NCBI RefSeq assembly: GCF_964194025.1
Contig: NC_134470.1
Coordinates: 68,820,001-68,884,000 of the forward strand
Source: Convolutriloba macropyga
Taxonomy: Eukaryota
Reading direction: 5' to 3'
DNA: 64,000 nucleotides
The notes under the pieces were generated by a model. It made no database searches. It was not told where the DNA came from and worked only from the letters and a program-made list of their open reading frames with translations. Made by a program: the position numbers and the translations under genes. Positions 14,380-27,135 of this stretch are shown here, in pieces (positions within the stretch are counted from its first letter, which is position 1; every line of letters starts with the position of its first letter).

Positions 14380-14685
14380 GGATCTTTTCCGTTTGTGCCC
14401 CATCCAGCTTAGTGGGTGCATATTATTTTCACCCTCCAGACGCACGTGCAATATTTTTACATAATGATTTAACGGATCTTTTCCGTTTGTGCCCCCCCCC
14501 CCCAGCTTAGTGGGCGCATATTATTTGCACCCCCCAGGCGCACGTGCAATATATTTACATAATGATTTACTATGTAATGGCACGTGCTTTGCAACTGGGG
14601 GGCGCATAACGTACTGGGGGGGGGGGGGGGGCACAAACGGAAAAGATCCGATTAAACACGTTATGACATTTAACGGAAAAGATCC
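14380..14685 (+). mobile_element. Merlin-like MITE, outer (host) copy, interrupted by another copy
   Basis: Starts ggatcttttccgtttgtgcccc and ends aacggaaaagatcc; flanks cctttttg / ctcttttg (6/8 match, degenerate TSD). Confidence 0.6.
14474..14649 (+). mobile_element. ~176-bp MITE with long GG-starting TIRs (Merlin-like)
   Basis: TIR ggatcttttccgtttgtgcccccc / ggggggcacaaacggaaaagatcc; flanks gatttaac / gattaaac (7/8 match). Confidence 0.8.
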
Positions 14686-15173
14686 CTCTTTTGATAGTGA
14701 TACTGATTAATTTAAGGTTTCAAATAGTGTTCGTCGATCTTTTCCTTATTCCCCGCATTATGCTGACTGTTATGTAACACGTGCCACGTCAATGTGGTAA
14801 AATAACTTGTGCGTTTTTAGCTGCAAACAAAATAACCCATGAAGGTGTGTGTATGTGTGTGTGTGATGGAGGGGGAGGGGGGCAAAAACAAAATAAAAGA
14901 TTACTCATTTATACATTGCCCGACATTTAGAAACGAGAAGACAGAAGAGAAGTCACGTTGAAAAAGTCAATTAAGAATTGGTGCGATAACGTTTACAATG
15001 AAATCTGGTACCTATAATAAGCAACGGCTATCAAACTGCATTCCATTACATTACACTTGTTCTGTGGCGATTATGACTCGATAAAACGAAAACATATCAT
15101 CTACTAAAAACTAGTCTGCTCTATTTGGGTCAGAACAAAACAACAATATCACGCCGTAATGTTTTCATTTTAG

Positions 15174-16190
15174 CCCCCGTGAATTTTGAACAGTCATCAG
15201 TCTTGTAATTTCTATTATTTGTTTTGTCTAATACTAGCTTTTCAGGCTGTAAAAAACTATTTATACTGAAACTGATCAGCTGTTTTCTCACATAACTGCA
15301 AAATAACTTTTGTACACGGGGTGAAACGGAAACATCCAGCGGTAGTAGTAGTAGTATTTTAGCAGTTGAAGTAAGTAAAGTGCATCATAACATATCAGAT
15401 TCGATCGATAACTGCTCGCATACCCACTCTAACTTCCTGCACTCTTTCACAACACTACTTAACTGTCTACACACAATCAAACCTAGCTAGCATCAATAAC
15501 AACAATACAAACAAACAGTGAAATCAATTGCAACTACCGGCTAGACATATCCCAAAAACCATTGCAATTGACTAGACAATTTTATCATGAAAACAATTCA
15601 TTATTGTACAGCGCGATTGCTCAATCGAAAGCTCTATTAATTGCATTGAACGTTTAAAAAACGATATACACGTTGCTAAAGCCCAACTTCCATTCATTAT
15701 TTGTTCATAGCATATTCATGTTATGCAATAACTTAATCAACTGAGATACTAAATGACATAATATCTAGTTCTTACTAGTTCAGTGATCTATAATCAGTAT
15801 AACGTCATTGAGCCCACGATCCCTATCTCAAATTGAAAATAAAATGACAAGCACATCTGTGGTGGAGGATGTATGAAACCAATTATAACACCTACTATTA
15901 TAAACACTGTTAAACTATATTACTAGTATTATCATTCCATATTGAATGCAGGATCGTTGTGTTAGAACTTTGTTACACTGTTGCAGTAAACTTTCTTACT
16001 CATGAACTTAATCTTTTCGTTGTATACACAAAACTGTGAATCCTTGCGGACAGCTGTTGTCTGTCACATAAGTTTATGCTAACGTTGCGAGAATAAAGCA
16101 AAGTGCTTTTTGCCAAACTGAATAGTGAAAAACAGTCTGAATTGACTCTTCGGAACTGATCTTTTGACCGCTATCGTTTACCATACAACA
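15174..16190 (+). repeat. Left terminal direct repeat: ~700 bp of 3' internal sequence plus the probable true 5' LTR (15870-16190)
   Basis: Near-identical to 22006-23025. An internal purine tract GGTGGAGGA (15861-15869) is followed by TGTATG...CATACAACA (321 bp). Confidence 0.85.
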
Positions 16191-16204
16191 TAGCACAGTC
16201 AGCA
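16191..16204 (+). promoter_or_regulatory. Degenerate primer-binding site (tRNA-Ser-like)
   Basis: TAGCACAGTCAGCA directly follows the LTR-terminal CA. It matches 11/14 to TGGCGCAGTCGGCA, the recalled complement of an animal tRNA-Ser 3' end; all three mismatches are G>A. Confidence 0.5.
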
Positions 16205-16216
16205 TTAACACGTTCA

Positions 16217-17446
16217 CCAATAGGCGTAGCCCTATTTTGGGAAAAAGGAGCACAACCCACAAAAACATGGGGAAAATGGATAACAACAACAAAACTAGCC
16301 ATTTCGGCAAAAGAGAACATTCAGGTAGAAAAATTACTGCGACCAAAACCAACCGCAGAAGAATTAGATTACCCAAACGAACCAATCTACGAACCAGCAC
16401 TTCCTGACGAAACAGCAGAAAAGAGACAGAGAGAGCAGAGAAACATAAAAGGAAAAGTAGATTGGAAAAATCAATGTCAAGCAGTAGACGACCAAGGTCC
16501 AATGATAGACAATTCAAAATGGGACGAAGCCGATAACAAAGTAAAAAGCTTAATCTATCTCTCACTCGGAACAGAAGGAACAAACATATTTCTTCAACGC
16601 AATCCACACACGGAACTATCCAAATGTACAACAGATGCACTATTAATACAACTACAGGACACATTCAAAGAAATCAGAAACGAATTATTCGACAGATTCA
16701 AATTTTTCAGATGCACAAAACCCAGGCGAATCACTAGAACAATTCCACTCAAGAATAAAGCAAAAAGCAGCACTATGCAACTGGGAAGACCTAGAAGACA
16801 GTTTGGTCAAAAGCATTTTTATACAAGGAATGTCGAACCCGCAGATCCAAATGGATCTACTCTCAGAAGACAGACCCTCTAGAAACATTACACTACGCAA
16901 TCACAAGAGAAAGAGAACAAGAAAATCAACAACGGATAAGCAACACTCACGCACAAAGTCCAAGTGCATCCGGGATCAAACTAAAACAAAGACAACACAA
17001 AGAAGAAGCATACTCCCCATACCACCAAATAACAACAAGATACCAGATTGCTGGAAATGTGGGTACAAACTCATCAAAGGACACCTCGACAATTGCCCAG
17101 CAAAAAACTCAATATGTAACATCTGTAAAAAAGTAGGACACTACAACGAAGTTTGCAGATCCGAAATGCCACCAAGAAGATCGGAAATACAAAATACACA
17201 AGGGAACAACCAAATATACAACGACAAAAGCCAACAACAAACAATACACAACAACAAACAAACACAAGACCAGTTCGTAATATTCAATCAATTCCTGATA
17301 ATGAGTCAATCCAAGAGGAGGAAGAAGAAGAGACAGAAACAATCGACCCCGAGAGCACATGCTATATCAGGGAAATGATGGAAGACTGGAGTTCCATAAA
17401 TTTTATCCAATCACTAAATTTCACTACAGTAACCAAAAAAGACTAA
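16217..17446 (+). pseudogene. gag: Gypsy Gag (frameshifted) with double zinc knuckle
   Basis: CWKCGYKLIKGHLDNC-PAKNSI-CNICKKVGHYNEVC, a twin knuckle as in Mag-type Gypsy elements; split over several ORF fragments; start approximate. Confidence 0.85.
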
Positions 17447-20400
17447 CAACAATCAACAAGGAGAATTCTGGATACAAACAAAAAGTAAAGAAGAGGACAT
17501 CAACTGGTTGGTAGACACAGGAAGCCCACAATCATTCATCTCACGGCGCACCGCACAATACTTAATAACGAAACTAGGCAACAAAATCGTCAAACAGGAT
17601 AAGAACATCGCGGAATTCAGATGCTTCAACAATAACAAGATAAAAGTTGACTACTCAATCCAACTGGATTAGTAGCGGGCAACACAACGGCACACAACTG
17701 CCAAATCCTCGTTGTTCCGCAAAACACAGTAAACCTACTAGGCATACTAGGCATGGACACCCTCCAAAAACTCGGGATCCAATGAACCTACAAAACACCA
17801 GGTGAGTAGATAACATACAACCAATACAAAACAACATTGCGAAATGGATATTCAAAAAATATCCCCACTTATGCACCAGAATTGGAAAATCAAAAAACCA
17901 CATAACAAAATCCACATTCCACAATCCATTCCACCCCACACAGCACAAAGGAAGACGAGTTCCACTTCATCTAATAGACAAAGTAGAAAGAGAATTAAAT
18001 GAACTCATAGAAGATAAACAAATAATTAAATTAGACAAATGCTCTGACGAATATTTTATTAGTCCAGTAGTAATCACAGTAAAACAAGACAAATCCATAA
18101 AAATAGCACTAGATTCAAAAAACTAATTGACGCTATTCACAAAAACAAATACCAGATGCAAAGTATAGACCACCTTATGGATACGATAGCATGTAAGTTC
18201 AGCGAATTTAAACAAAAAAACAGGAACACTGTACTTCTCAAAAATAGACATAATACGCATATAGCCAAGTCCCCTTACATGAAGAAACACAAAAACATTG
18301 CAACTTCAACATATTGGGAGGAAATGCTACAGAAACGTACAGATTCACAAACGGCTTCTATGGACTAACAGATATGCCAGCAACAATCCAAAAAAAATGG
18401 ACTTTACACTAGCAAACATCAATTCAGCACACGCCTTTTTAGACGATATAATAATAATAACTAAAGGATCGCTTACAAACCATGAAAATGAAATAGATAA
18501 AGTACTCGCCCGGTTAGACAAATAAAACTTGGCGATAAGCCTACATAAATGCGAATTTGCGGTCACAGAAATAACATGGTTGGGATACAAAATAAATCCA
18601 GATGGAATAATACCAACGAAACGAAAAACCGAAGCCATCATAGAAATGGACCCACCAAAAACCTAAAACAACTCAGATCGCTAATGGGTACCATACACCA
18701 CTTAAAAATTTATCCCCAACCTATCACAGATATCAGCACCACTCCGACCATTACTTTCACATAAAGAGAAAAAAACAGCAAATTAGATTGGAATGAAGAA
18801 CACACAAAATCATTCCACCAAATAAAACACGCAATCAGACAAATAAAAGAAAACAAGCACTTCGATACAAACCGAACAACAAGGGTCCGCTGCGACGCAA
18901 GTAAGGAAGGATTAGGAGCCTGCCTCGAACAAAAATACAATAATGGATGGCATCCAATCGCGTACGCGAGTAGATTTTTAAGCACCAACGAACAAAAATA
19001 CAGCATAAATGAATTAGAGCTATTATCAGTAGTATGGTCACTAGAACACTTCAAATACTACTTATACGGGTCACTCTTCACACTCTAAACGGATCACCAA
19101 GCCCTATTATCAGCACAAAGACAATAGGGGAAATAAAACATATAAAAGCAGATTAACAAGATGGGTAGATAGACTTTCACCCTTCAATTCTTCAGTAGAA
19201 CAAATTGCGGGAAAAAACATGGGATTCGCAGACTACTTCAGTAGACATCCGACCTCAGCAGCGATACCAATATCAAAAGACGAAAATTTCGTCATTAACT
19301 TAATCGACTCATTCAAATTTATGCTAAAAAGAGCAGACAAAATTTCATCCAATAGGATCGCAGCAAATATACCAGCACAAAATGACGTAATACAGACAAG
19401 TGAACGAAAACAAACAAAGCAAAACGCTTTTAGCCATTTTCGTAGCACAAAACAGTCGTTCTCTATTAATCCACTTTTCGTAAACGTTTGTACAAGAAAT
19501 AAACCCAACACAAACACATTCGAACAACAAATTACAAAAAGATTTCGTGGCCCAAACAAGAAAAACATGTCATCAATAGAACATAATAACACCCCACCAG
19601 ACAATCCCCAAACTCCAAATTCCATTCCACCCCCCAAAGCCATTACCATCGGCACCCAAACAGACTGTATATCAAATATTGGACAAGGACTGAAACCACT
19701 AAACCCCCACAAATGTGAAAAACCCTTTGGCGAAATTACTCTCGAAAATTCCCCAGACTACTTACTAAACTTACATAAAGTACTCGGTGAATCATTTATA
19801 GCGGAAGCAATCAAAAAACGATACAAACAGCAACAAAATCCGCAGACTTAAAGAGCTACAAGATTGGAACGCAATCAAAAATTTTTCTAAATACTGGTAC
19901 AGCCTCCGAAAAGATCTTTCAGTAAATCCAAATGGATGCATTCTCTATGACGGCAAAACATATATCCGTACTCAGTTACGGAAAACTGTTATCGACTCAG
20001 TACACAAAACCCAACCAGGCCAAGCCGGCATGATTTATTTAGCCCAATTAATCTGGTATCCGCAAATCCATAGGGACGTAGTAGCGCTAGCGCAAAGATG
20101 CAAACAGTGCACAAAAACAGGTAAAAACTTAAAACCCATCATTCCAAAAAACAAACACACATCACTACCAACACTATCAGAACCAAACAAAGAATTCCAA
20201 ATGGATTTCGCAGGCCCAATAACAAAGAGCAGTAGAGACACATATATTAGTAACAATAGACAGATATTCCAGATACCCCCACGCGGAAACATATAATAAT
20301 TGTGAGACCGATACAGCCATAAGCTACCTAAAAGAATACATAGAATTTCACGTAATACCAAGATCAGTAAAGTGCGACCAGGCACAAGCATTCAAAGCAA

Positions 20401-22040
20401 AAAACTTTGAAATCTTTTGCAAAGATAACAACATAAGACTACTACTAGCTCCAACGGGAGATCACAGAGGTACAGGAATGGTCGAAAGACTAATACAAAC
20501 CATAAAAAGACTAGCAGCAATAAACGTAGATACCAATTGGTCAAAAGAAACACTAGCAAGCAAAATATCCGCAATAATAGAAAACATAAAACTGATACCA
20601 AACACAACCACAAAAACTACACCATTCGAAGCACACTTCGGCAGAAAACCGAACACACAAACAAGCAATATAGTCACACCCTAACAATAAAAACCTCAAA
20701 TACAATAACATAAAGAAAGTTTATTTAGACAAGATCCTCAGACGCCCAATGCTCGACCAACAAGAAATGTAGAACTTTTCGGACTCCGAACCAAATCTGG
20801 ACATAACAGTACAACACGCCAGAAAATTCAGATGCGGAGTCGGACACAATTCCCCTAGCAAGACAAAGACAGTCTAAATGTAAGCAAACATCACCAATTA
20901 AGATAACACCCGATAAATTAAGTATAACACTCGGAGATAAGACCTCCGTACTAATAAATAAAAGAAAACAAGTAGCCAGAAAAACACTAATGAGAAGAGC
21001 ACCAGAACCAAAAGGAACATTAAAACGATTATGGAATATAATTCCAGATGGAACCATAACTGATTACACACCAACCACAATATAAATCGACACACATAAC
21101 AGCAAACACACGAATCCGAAAAAGCGATTTAGCTATAGCAACAGAAACATACCAAAAACCTACACCAACACCACAATCACAAGAACCCAAACCACGACTA
21201 ATACATTTCGTCGCACGTAAGACAGTGCGAGAATACAATAGAAATAGAGAGAAAATGAGTAAATTCTGTTTAGAGGAAAAGAAACAGCTCCAGAGGGAAG
21301 CATAACTGATAGGAACACAGCATGTTATGGAACAAAATAAACCCGGCACCCCAGCGAGAGCACCTGAAGCACGCGAAGAAAGACCGAACGAGGACAGGCG
21401 AGGAACATCTTACATGGAAAGCAACCAGCCATTACAGCATCAAGCAGGACCATCCAACAAGAAATCCAACCGGAACTCCCAAAAACTACGAACTGAACGA
21501 AAAAGAAAGGCACTCCACCATCCAAAAAGACGATTCGACCAACGAAAAAAAAGACGTCAGCATTCGAGCAAAAAGCGAAAGAGGCGGCAATCGCACAGAC
21601 TAAGCTCACGCTCGCAAGAAAAAGACTGACAACCGTCACAGAAGCCAAATTCACTAATCCATATGGATCTGTCATTGCTAACCAATTCTAAAACAATTGA
21701 GATAATAAATCTCGCTTCAGACTCGTCAACATCAACTCCTATGCGAATAGTAACCTCATGATCCCCAAAAGGCTTCATGACTAAATCCCCTAAAAGAAAC
21801 ATTGACAACGTGGTAGACCAAATCAAAGCGAACAACCAAGCACGGGAGGAACAAACCACAAAGGAAACAGACACAGACACAGACTACGCAAACATCATAA
21901 CAATAAAGAAAGCAGACCCACCAAAAGTCACCACAAAGGACAACATCACCACACAGCAGACTCTCACAACTCCTCAACCACAACACTCATCAACACCAAT
22001 CCAATCCCCCGTGAATTTTGAACAGTCATCAGTCTTGTAA
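17447..22040 (+). pseudogene. pol: Gypsy Pol (protease, RT, RNase H, integrase) plus long low-complexity tail; disrupted
   Basis: LVDTGSP (~17510); AFLDDIII (~18440); CDASKEGLGACL, IAYASRFL and YSINELELL (RNase H); CKQC...MDFAGP...DQAQAF...GMVERLIQTIK (integrase). Confidence 0.9.
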
Positions 22041-23025
22041 TTTCTATTATTTGTTTTGTCTAATACTAGCTTTTCAGGCTGTAAAAAACTATTTATACTG
22101 AAACTGATCAGCTGTTTTCTCACATAACTGCAAAATAACTTTTGTTCACGGGGTGAAACGGAAACATCCAGCGGTAGTAGTAGTAGTAGTATTTTAGCAG
22201 TTGAAGTAAGTAAAGTACATCATAACATATCAGATTCGATCGATAACTGCTCACATACCCACTCTAACTTCCTGCACTCTTTCACAACACTACTTAACTG
22301 TCTACACACAATCAAACCTAGCTAGCATCAATAACAACAATGCAAACAAACAGTGAAATCAATTGCAACTACCGGCTAGACATATCCCAAAAACCATTGC
22401 AATTGACTAGACAATTTTATCATGAAAACAATTCATTATTGTACAGCGCGATTGCTCAATCGAAAGCTCTATTAATTGCATTGAACGTTTAAAAAACGAT
22501 ATACACGTTGCTAAAGCCCAACTTCCATTCATTATTTGTTCATAGCATATTCATGTTATGCAATAACTTAATCAACTGAGATACTAAATGACATAATATC
22601 TAGTTCTTACTAGTTCAGTGATCTATAATCAGTATAACGTCATAGAGCCCACGATCCCTATCTCAAATTGAAAATAAAATGACAAGCACATCTGTGGTGG
22701 AGGATGTATGAAACCAATTATAACACCTACTATTATAAACACTGTTAAACTATATTACTAGTATTATCATTCCATATTGAATGCAGGATCGTTGTGTTAG
22801 AACTTTGTTACACTGTTGCAGTAAACTTTCTTACTCATGAACTTAATCTTTTCGTTGAATACACAAAAATGTGAATCCTTACGGACAGGTGTTGTCTGTC
22901 ACATAAGTTTATGCTAACGTTGCGAGAATAAAGCAAAGTGCTTTTTGCCAAACTGAATAGTGAAAAACAGTCTGAATTGACTCTTCGGAACTGATCTTTT
23001 GACCGCTATCATTTACCATACAACA
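22006..23025 (+). repeat. Right terminal direct repeat: ORF end/3' UTR, PPT (22696-22704) and 3' LTR (22705-23025)
   Basis: Near-identical to 15174-16190; includes the stop codon of ORF 21777-22040. Confidence 0.85.
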
Positions 23026-23509
23026 TCAAAGTCCTGATTTGATAGTGCCTGAACACAAAGCCTATCCTCTTTTTATCCATCGATCGTATTCTGCATGCTC
23101 TCGGCTAAGATAAGTATATTTACTAGTTAATCTAGTTTGGGTTTCGCATATATGACAAACAACAATCAATTTTCGTAAAAATTAAAAAAAAATGACCTCT
23201 CACATTCTAAGTGCTGTAAGATCCAATAGATTTAACGTAAGACTTTGAAGTTCGTGACTGACATGCACAAAAATTACAAAAAATGTCTCCAAATGCTACT
23301 AATCCACTGTATACAAAACAGTTTATCTCAATCGGCAAACATTTCAAGCTGATGGTATCTAGTTCCAAAGCAGAGAGTTTAGTTATTTACGTTTTGAAAC
23401 CACTTTAAACTTTAAAAAAAGTCAACCAACTTGATTTCATTTTTGTTTTGAAGAGTGAGAATTTGTACGAATTAAGAGCTCTGGTCGATATATAAGCCTT
23501 CGAAGTGCC

Positions 23510-25320
23510 AAAACGAAACCAAACTTGACATGGGAGGTTACCAATATATCCAAGCTATAAACCAATAATATTTTTTGATCCAGGTGGCCCAGGAAAAGTT
23601 AGAACTACAATGGTTAAAAGTCAAAATAGATTAATAAACGGTTAACTTTTTTAAAATATAACTTTCTTCAAAAGGTAAATGAGCTGTTCAAATCGTTTGA
23701 AACCAGACCTGGGAGGTCACAGGTATATGTAGGTTCTAAATAAGCAAGAACTTTTGATTAGAAAGTTTGCCTAGAAAAAAACTGGTTTCCATACGATAAT
23801 TATCGAAAACTGGTTTTCAATTGGAACAAGGAGTTGTTCCAAACAAACCAAACTTGACATGGGAGATATCCACTATATGCAGGTTAAAACAAACTCTGCG
23901 AAATTTGTTGCGTAGGCTTGCCTAGGTAGGTTTTCATACTTAATTTTGGGCATTTCGATCATGTGCTATTCTTTTATAAAAAAGGTTATTTCGATCGAGT
24001 TAAGAAGATTTTCAAATCAATTCAACCTCATGGCCAGTGGTCCCCTGCGTATAGGGAGTCTACAACGCCAACAATTTTTGGTATAGCTTGCCTAAGAAAA
24101 GAGTTAGCTTTTCGTACGTAAATTTGGTCATTTTGATTGTACTACTCCAAAAATAGGTTAATTTCATCGGTTCTAGGAGTTTTTCAATTCAATTCAAACT
24201 CATGGCCAGAGGTCCCCAACGTATAGGCAGTCTAAAAATCCCAAAAATTGTTGGTATAGCATGACTACGAAAAGAGTTAGCGACATGCACACTTTAAATT
24301 CTTTTAAATAGTCAAGAAATTGTCCAAATCAAACCAAACTCGGTATGGAGCATCCCCTGTGTACGTAGAGTGTAGATCAAAATTTTTTGCTATAGCTTGC
24401 CTAAGAAAAAAGTTAGCTTTTCATACGTAAAATTCCTATTTAATTTAAAAGTTCTGTCATTATTTTTAAAGTACCATGTTCTTGACTGGCTCAAAGAGTT
24501 GTCCAAAACTAACGGAACACGGTATTGAGTATACCCGATGTATCTAAAAGGGAAAAGAAAAAACTTTTTGAGGCATAGCTTGCCTAAGAAAAAATTTAGG
24601 TTTCCATACGTAAATTTCCGAATTTTAAAAAAGGGATATATTAAATGTCAAGGAGTTGTTCAAATCCAACCAAATTTGGCATGGGAGATCTCCACTCTGT
24701 AGAGAGCCTGAATCAGTAAGAATGTTTGGTATAGCTCACCCAGGAAAAAAGTGAGCTTCTCAAACGTAAATTTCCAATTTATCCGAATAATTCTGTCATT
24801 ATTTTTGAAATAGTGTTTTTGACTGGTTCAGTCAGGGAGTGGTTGAAATCGATCCAAACTCGGAATGCAGTATACCCTGTGTAAATAGACCAAAAAGAGT
24901 TTTGGGCATAGCTTGCCTAGCTATTTTTGCTACAGTTTGGCTAGGAAAAAAGTTAGATTTTCATACGTAAATTTCTGATTAATTCGAACAATTTTTCAAA
25001 TATAGTATTTTTGGTCGGTTCAAGGAGTTGTTCAAATTGATCCATACTTGGCATGGAGTATCCTCGGTGTACGTATTAGAGTGTTAAACAAAAAAGCTAT
25101 ATCTTGGCTATGCAAAAAGTTTGTTTTTCATTTGTAAATTTCCGATTTATTCGAATAATTATTTTTGAAAGTTTTTTTGATTGCGCCAAAGAGTTGTTCG
25201 AATTGAACTAAACATGTTATGGAGTATCCCATGTGTGCATAAAGTGTACAACAAAAGAATTTTTGCTGTAGCTTGCCTCGGAAAGAAGTTGGGTTTTCAT
25301 ACGGAGTTTCGCAAATTTTG
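23510..25320. repeat. Degenerate ~170-bp tandem array (~11 units)
   Basis: Recurring caaggagttgttc...ccaaacttggcatggga...tagcttgcctaggaaaaaagttag...ttttcatacgtaaattt at ~23519, 23700, 23848, 24020, 24193, 24334, 24512, 24669, 24854, 25042, 25208. Confidence 0.8.
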
Positions 25321-26124
25321 CAAATAAAAAATTTTAAAAAACTTTAAAATGTCAGCGCCAATTGGCAGGGTGAAAAACATCATTGCTCTTGTATAGTATC
25401 ATAATTTCACAACTGAAATATCAAAATTACAAACCAGAATTCTGCCAAAAATTCTTGACTCTCAACAGAGATGATGATTATCTTTAACTTCATTTACTAC
25501 CTAGCATACAATTTTTAAAACTAATGTTAAAAAGTAAGTTGACTCTATGCCACGCAAAGTATTAAAATCCTAGTAATTTCATTTGTTCTGCAAGAAACTT
25601 GAAAATGGCTTTCAAGGCCGAAAAGTGTTTTCCCAAAGTGTCTAATCGTGAAAGCTAGTCGTAATGAGTGTTGTTTATTAGAGTCCGCGGGCACAACTCG
25701 AAGTCAATGGCTACTAATATTTAGCCACCACAATCTCACTGGCACCTTTTGAGGACTTAAAACGACGGAATTGGTTGCTTCAATAGCAAATGAGTCGATT
25801 ATGCTTTTAGCTGTAAATAACCGCCCAACAACGCGTAAAATTTTTCTCCACGCTTGTTAATTATTCAAAAATTAGTGCTTCAGCTCCTATTTAGGGTAGG
25901 AGCACCAGCAGCTCCCGTACGTTGGCATTTCTTTTACAAACGGCTCAGTCTTTATCATTTTTTGCACTGATGCAATTCTCAACTTCTATTACTGGTAACT
26001 GCATGGAAAGAAAGCAGCTGGCCGAGGTAAATTGCCCAGTTCCGCTTCAACTGGTAAAAACTTCTGAGACAGCAGCAAACTCGAAAGATACCTTATGGTA
26101 CCTATCAGTACTTTGTGAAATTTT

Positions 26125-27135
26125 GTAACATAGCTGGCAGATTGCCAGAAAATAGCCGCAATTGATTCGTAGATCGGCAGTCTAAAAAAAAACAGTAAAA
26201 AAGACTGACCAAAAAATTTCGTCTTTTCATTGAAGGCTGATCTGTTATATTTTGATTAAAAATCTGTATAAGTTATTGCTGCCTCTATTAGCTGATCTCA
26301 AATAACCTTCATTTAGAGTGACACACACCCATCTGACCTTATCTCTTTGAATTAAAGTAAATAAAAGTCAATTTCAAATTGAGGAAGTCATTTTTGAGAG
26401 TGAGGTAAGTCAAGTGTGACCAAAAATTTAATCACGCGCATGAACAAAAAAACTCGCTCCACTAAGAGCGAAAAATGACGTCACACATGCAATTCAGTTG
26501 AAATTGCATGAACGAATGAACAAAAAGTGGCTGTGACGTCATATGGTCGTAACAAAAATCATGACGACGAAATAAAAAAACATAGCAGGACAAGTCCTGA
26601 CGTACAATTCAAAGAATTTTCATTGACTAAACAGAAAAACTAGACCTAGAATGGACTATGAGTGAATTGAGAAAACCATTTTAAAAAAAATCAGATCAAA
26701 AAATTAAAAAAAAAAAACAAAAAATCAATGTCAAAATGCCGCATCTGAACAAAAAACACTAGCGAGAAATGAAAATTTAATTCAAACAAAAAACTAGGCC
26801 TAGAATGAGCTGTGAATTGATTGGGAAACCATTTAGAAAAAAATCCGATCCAAAAAATCGAAAAAAACAGTAAAAATCAGAGTGAAATTGCCGCATGTGA
26901 ACAAAAAACCACTACCGAAAAACCGAATTTTTGTTCAAACACCATTTTCGCACTCTACTTTAAAATTAGAGCGAAAAAAATTCACGCCGCAAAACCATTC
27001 GCTTTTTCGCTCCATTTTCTGTTTCGGCGTGACCAAAATCACTACTCCAATTTGACTTCAAAAATCATGAAAATGTGTGAACAGATCTTAAAAAAAAAAC
27101 ATAGCCGGAAGAATTCCGGAAACGACTCGAAGTGA
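26125..27135. repeat. Composite dispersed repeat
   Basis: 26125-26500 resembles 38428-38790 and 40170-40530; 26570-27095 resembles 36760-37235. Confidence 0.7.

Larger units (their letters stand above)
15174..23025 (+). mobile_element. Ty3/Gypsy LTR retrotransposon, inactivated by frameshifts and stops
   Basis: ~1.02-kb direct repeats at both ends (about 10 substitutions and one 3-bp indel); domain order Gag-PR-RT-RNaseH-IN. Confidence 0.95.

Noticed and set aside
16074-21986. Many hydrophobic minus-strand ORFs (e.g. 196 aa at 16074-16664) that might suggest env or membrane genes
   Set aside because: They are antisense shadows of the A/C-rich Gypsy coding strand (T/G-rich codons give L/V/F/C); no env motifs.
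23510-25320. Regularly spaced repeats as a possible CRISPR-like array
   Set aside because: Units are degenerate along their whole length, with no identical repeats or unique spacers; eukaryotic context and no cas genes.
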